A DNA stretch of 17,625 bases, from positions 1 through 17,625 of the forward strand of contig CABMCB010000005.1 in assembly GCA_902384455.1 (NCBI GenBank), read 5' to 3'. Positions 15,398-17,625 of this stretch are shown here, in pieces. The stretch comes from an uncultured archaeon. GTDB lineage: Archaea > Altiarchaeota > Altiarchaeia > IMC4 > SCGC-AAA252-I15. The position numbers were made by a program, and so were the translations under genes. Position 1 is the stretch's first letter; the number at the start of each line of letters is the position of its first letter. Below the pieces are notes generated by a model that was not told the DNA's origin, did not search any database, and worked only from the letters and a program-made list of their open reading frames with translations.

Positions 15398-16261
15398 ATG
15401 GACTACGACATATCGCAAACAACGCACCTAATGGGCGGAGACCTACGCATAACAATAACCTCACCGCACCCGCAGAAAGCATTACAAGCGATAAACGCCG
15501 CATTCCAAGAAGCAAAGCGACTCGAAGGCATTTTCAGCGTCTACGACCCCCAAAGCGAACTATCCCGCCTAAACAAAGAACGCACGCTGACCGTAAGCAA
15601 AGACCTCCGCACAGTACTATGGCGAGCCCGATGGCACGCGGAAATATCGGGCGGACTGTTCAACCCAGCAATAGGAAACGAAATAATAGCGGCAAAAAAC
15701 TACATACAAAACGGCGGAACACCACCTCATAAACCCATCCACGACGGACACTACCGGAAAATAAAATTCGACGGCAAAACAGTCTCATTAGGACACGCCC
15801 CATACACAATAGACCTGGGAGGAATAGCCAAAGGATACATAGTAGACAAACTCGTAGAAACCCTCAAAAAAGAAGGAACAAAACAAGGCATAGTCGACGC
15901 CCGAGGAGACATACGCGTCTTCGGACCACGCCCCATAAAAATCCAGGTGGAAGACCCGCAAGACTCCAAAAAAAGCAAGCACACATTCATGCTGAAAGAC
16001 GCCGCAGTCGCAACATCCGGCAACTACCGGCAACACAGAGAAAAAACCGGCCACATAATAAACCCATTCAACACCCCCCCTCAAATACTTTCCGCATCAG
16101 TCATCAAAGAAACATGCGCCGACGCAGACGCACTAACCAAAACCATATTCAACCTACCGCTGGCAAAAGCAATATCCGCGATCAACCACGGAGTCATAAT
16201 AGCATCCGACGGAAAAGTACACGCAAAAGGCATAGCAGCCGCGACCACGGAGGCGGCGTAA
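15398..16261 (+). CDS. apbE: FAD:protein FMN transferase (ApbE family), no signal peptide
   Basis: HLMGG, FSVYDPQSELSRLN, GLFNPAIG, IDLGGIAKGYIVD, GDIR, VATSGNY, HIINP, ADALT. Confidence 0.95.
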   Translation: MDYDISQTTHLMGGDLRITITSPHPQKALQAINAAFQEAKRLEGIFSVYDPQSELSRLNKERTLTVSKDLRTVLWRARWHAEISGGLFNPAIGNEIIAAKNYIQNGGTPPHKPIHDGHYRKIKFDGKTVSLGHAPYTIDLGGIAKGYIVDKLVETLKKEGTKQGIVDARGDIRVFGPRPIKIQVEDPQDSKKSKHTFMLKDAAVATSGNYRQHREKTGHIINPFNTPPQILSASVIKETCADADALTKTIFNLPLAKAISAINHGVIIASDGKVHAKGIAAATTEAA

Positions 16262-17097
16262 TGAACCTCCCGGAAAAAATCCTGTTGTCCATAGCAATCA
16301 CGACATCCCTGCTACTAATCTACTTCACCCTATACATGACGTCAGACACACCATACGTCTGGTACTTCACCCGAGCCACAGGACTTCTAGCCGCAGCACT
16401 CCTCACAACCTCCATCTTCACAAGCATAATAAAAAAAACATTCAAAACCAACGCGCCACAAAAACTACTCCACCTCCACAAATGGACATCGATAGGCGCA
16501 CTAATCACAGTATTCCTACACGGCACCTCAGTAATATTCGACCACTACCAATGGAAACTCGGCATAACAAACGTCCTCGGCCTTGATTACCACAACCGGT
16601 GGGTGGCGCTGGTGTCTGCAGGAAGCATCGCTTTCTATCTAATGGTGATAGTCGCGCTAACATCCATCACGCCATCAATGATGCGCAGGGTGGGCGTAAA
16701 ATGGCGGCTGATCCATTACGCAAGCTATGTAGTGTTTTTGCTGGGCTACATTCATTCGGTCAACCTGGGGACTGACGTGCGGCATTCGTTCTTTTCGGTC
16801 ATGGTTTTGCCCGCCTTCCAGGCGACTTTCTTAGCGTTTATAGTGCTGTTCATAACACGCATAGTAAAGACGAATTCGATTTTTCAAACCAACTTGGATA
16901 CGGCGGCGTTCGCCATAGTATTGGGGCTAATACTCTTTACTTTGCTGTCTGCCTTGCTGACGTCAGTTGAAACACTGCAGATGACAGACAGCTTACGGCA
17001 GAACATCACGGAAGTATCGCAGAACATGGCTTCTTTGCAACAGGAAGGGGATGTGCTATCTCGCGTCGTATCAGCAATCACCGGGGGCGCAAAATGA
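16261..17097 (+). CDS. Ferric-reductase-like / MsrQ-like heme-b transmembrane protein with a C-terminal TM and coiled-coil extension
   Basis: ATG 16261 overlaps the apbE TAA and follows GGAGG. Motifs WYFTRATG, LHLHKW, FLHG, ALTS, WRLIHYASY...YIHS (four heme-ligand His positions). About 7-8 TM helices. Confidence 0.88.
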   Translation: MNLPEKILLSIAITTSLLLIYFTLYMTSDTPYVWYFTRATGLLAAALLTTSIFTSIIKKTFKTNAPQKLLHLHKWTSIGALITVFLHGTSVIFDHYQWKLGITNVLGLDYHNRWVALVSAGSIAFYLMVIVALTSITPSMMRRVGVKWRLIHYASYVVFLLGYIHSVNLGTDVRHSFFSVMVLPAFQATFLAFIVLFITRIVKTNSIFQTNLDTAAFAIVLGLILFTLLSALLTSVETLQMTDSLRQNITEVSQNMASLQQEGDVLSRVVSAITGGAK

Positions 17098-17625
17098 ACG
17101 TTCAGAAAATAATTCTCGCAGGATTCATGACGATGCTTCTTGGCGTAAGCATTTTCTCATGGGCTTATGCTGCGTATGTGCAAGAGCAGACGAAAGAGGT
17201 TCGAACCCAGCTTTCAGACATGCAAAACCAGTATCAGCGCCTAGCCCTCACAACAGAATTATTGAAGCGGCAGAAACAGGACCTCCTAAGCATAATTAAC
17301 CAAACACGCGTACAAAACGGCGGCTCACAAAAAGGAATTCCTGCCTTAGACCCACTGTTAGCAGACGACCCCCCTGCCGCAGACCCCGCAATAACAGATG
17401 ACCCACCGGCGACAGACCCTTCAACAGCAAATGACCCCACAACCACATCCATAACCAATACAGATCCGACAACGCCCACAACATTAAAGACGACCTCAAC
17501 TACAACCCCCAAATCAACAACCACAAAAACCACAAAATCGACAACCACAACAAGCTTGAAGGCAACCACTACTTTACCCTCCCCAACCACGACCACCACT
17601 TTAGCGTCCGCCCCCACAACCACCA
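17094..17625 (+). CDS. Membrane-anchored protein with coiled coil and Asp/Pro/Thr-rich stalk (3' end beyond window)
   Basis: Not in the ORF track. ATGA overlap with the previous gene. Translation: MNVQKIILAGFMTMLLGVSIFSWAYAAY-VQEQTKEVRTQLSDMQNQYQRLALTTELLKRQKQDLLSII...DPPAADP...TTSTTTPKSTTTKTT..., open to the window end. Confidence 0.85.
   Translation, partial: MNVQKIILAGFMTMLLGVSIFSWAYAAYVQEQTKEVRTQLSDMQNQYQRLALTTELLKRQKQDLLSIINQTRVQNGGSQKGIPALDPLLADDPPAADPAITDDPPATDPSTANDPTTTSITNTDPTTPTTLKTTSTTTPKSTTTKTTKSTTTTSLKATTTLPSPTTTTTLASAPTTT
17349..17447 (+). repeat. Three degenerate 33-nt (11-aa) coding tandem repeats
   Basis: DPLLADDPPAA / DPAITDDPPAT / DPSTANDPTTT. Confidence 0.65.

Noticed and set aside
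15293-15400. Frameshift at the C10 tract fusing the secreted protein to ApbE and so supplying a signal peptide
   Set aside because: The ApbE frame has TAA at 15326-15328 and the third frame stops at once, so no fusion is possible by slippage there.
16114-16260. N-terminal extension of the ferric-reductase-like ORF given in the track
   Set aside because: It overlaps apbE in another frame and looks like low-complexity shadow sequence. ATG 16261 has GGAGG and a TAATG overlap.
17070-17097. SAITGGAK at the cytochrome b C-terminus as a flavinylation motif
   Set aside because: It lacks the acceptor Thr/Ser of [ST]GA[ST]. The GGGGG is better explained as the ribosome-binding site of the next gene.
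17234-17623. Val-rich - strand ORF
   Set aside because: It is the antisense mirror of the Thr-rich + strand gene (ACN codons read as Val/Gly on the opposite strand).
1-17625. CRISPR array, tRNA/rRNA, IS element or integrase
   Set aside because: No regularly spaced repeats, cloverleaf, terminal inverted repeats with target duplication or transposase motifs were seen by eye. A tRNAscan/Infernal run would confirm.

Overview
Gene-dense archaeal chromosomal segment. Evidence for an archaeal origin: archaeal-type RfcL, a RecJ/GAN DHH nuclease, ino1 next to an archaetidylinositol-phosphate-synthase-like gene, TATA boxes about 25 nt before start codons and Thr-rich surface proteins. A DPANN/Altiarchaeota-like host is plausible but is inference only. 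Left to right: a SAM-methyltransferase/D-Ala-D-Ala-ligase-like ATP-grasp fusion (3'-truncated, missing from the ORF track), HAD hydrolase, small membrane protein, purQ, ino1, CDP-alcohol phosphatidyltransferase, two coiled-coil proteins, panE, a divergent 2-hydroxyacid dehydrogenase, rfcL, a TM_helix-repeat membrane protein, a membrane/PH-like protein and RecJ/GAN. An accessory-looking block follows: a membrane-anchored wHTH regulator, a secreted acidic protein interrupted by an in-frame TAG, ApbE flavin transferase, an MsrQ/ferric-reductase-like heme-b membrane protein and a membrane-anchored coiled-coil/Thr-rich stalk protein (3'-truncated). Best leads: (i) a candidate archaeal flavinylation-based extracytoplasmic electron-transfer module with its own sensor-regulator and operator; (ii) abrupt block-wise switching between A/C-rich and G/T-rich strand composition that ignores gene boundaries and orientation; (iii) the in-frame amber codon; (iv) a switch-like structured intergenic element upstream of the methyltransferase-ligase fusion. 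No tRNA, rRNA, CRISPR array or mobile element was seen.
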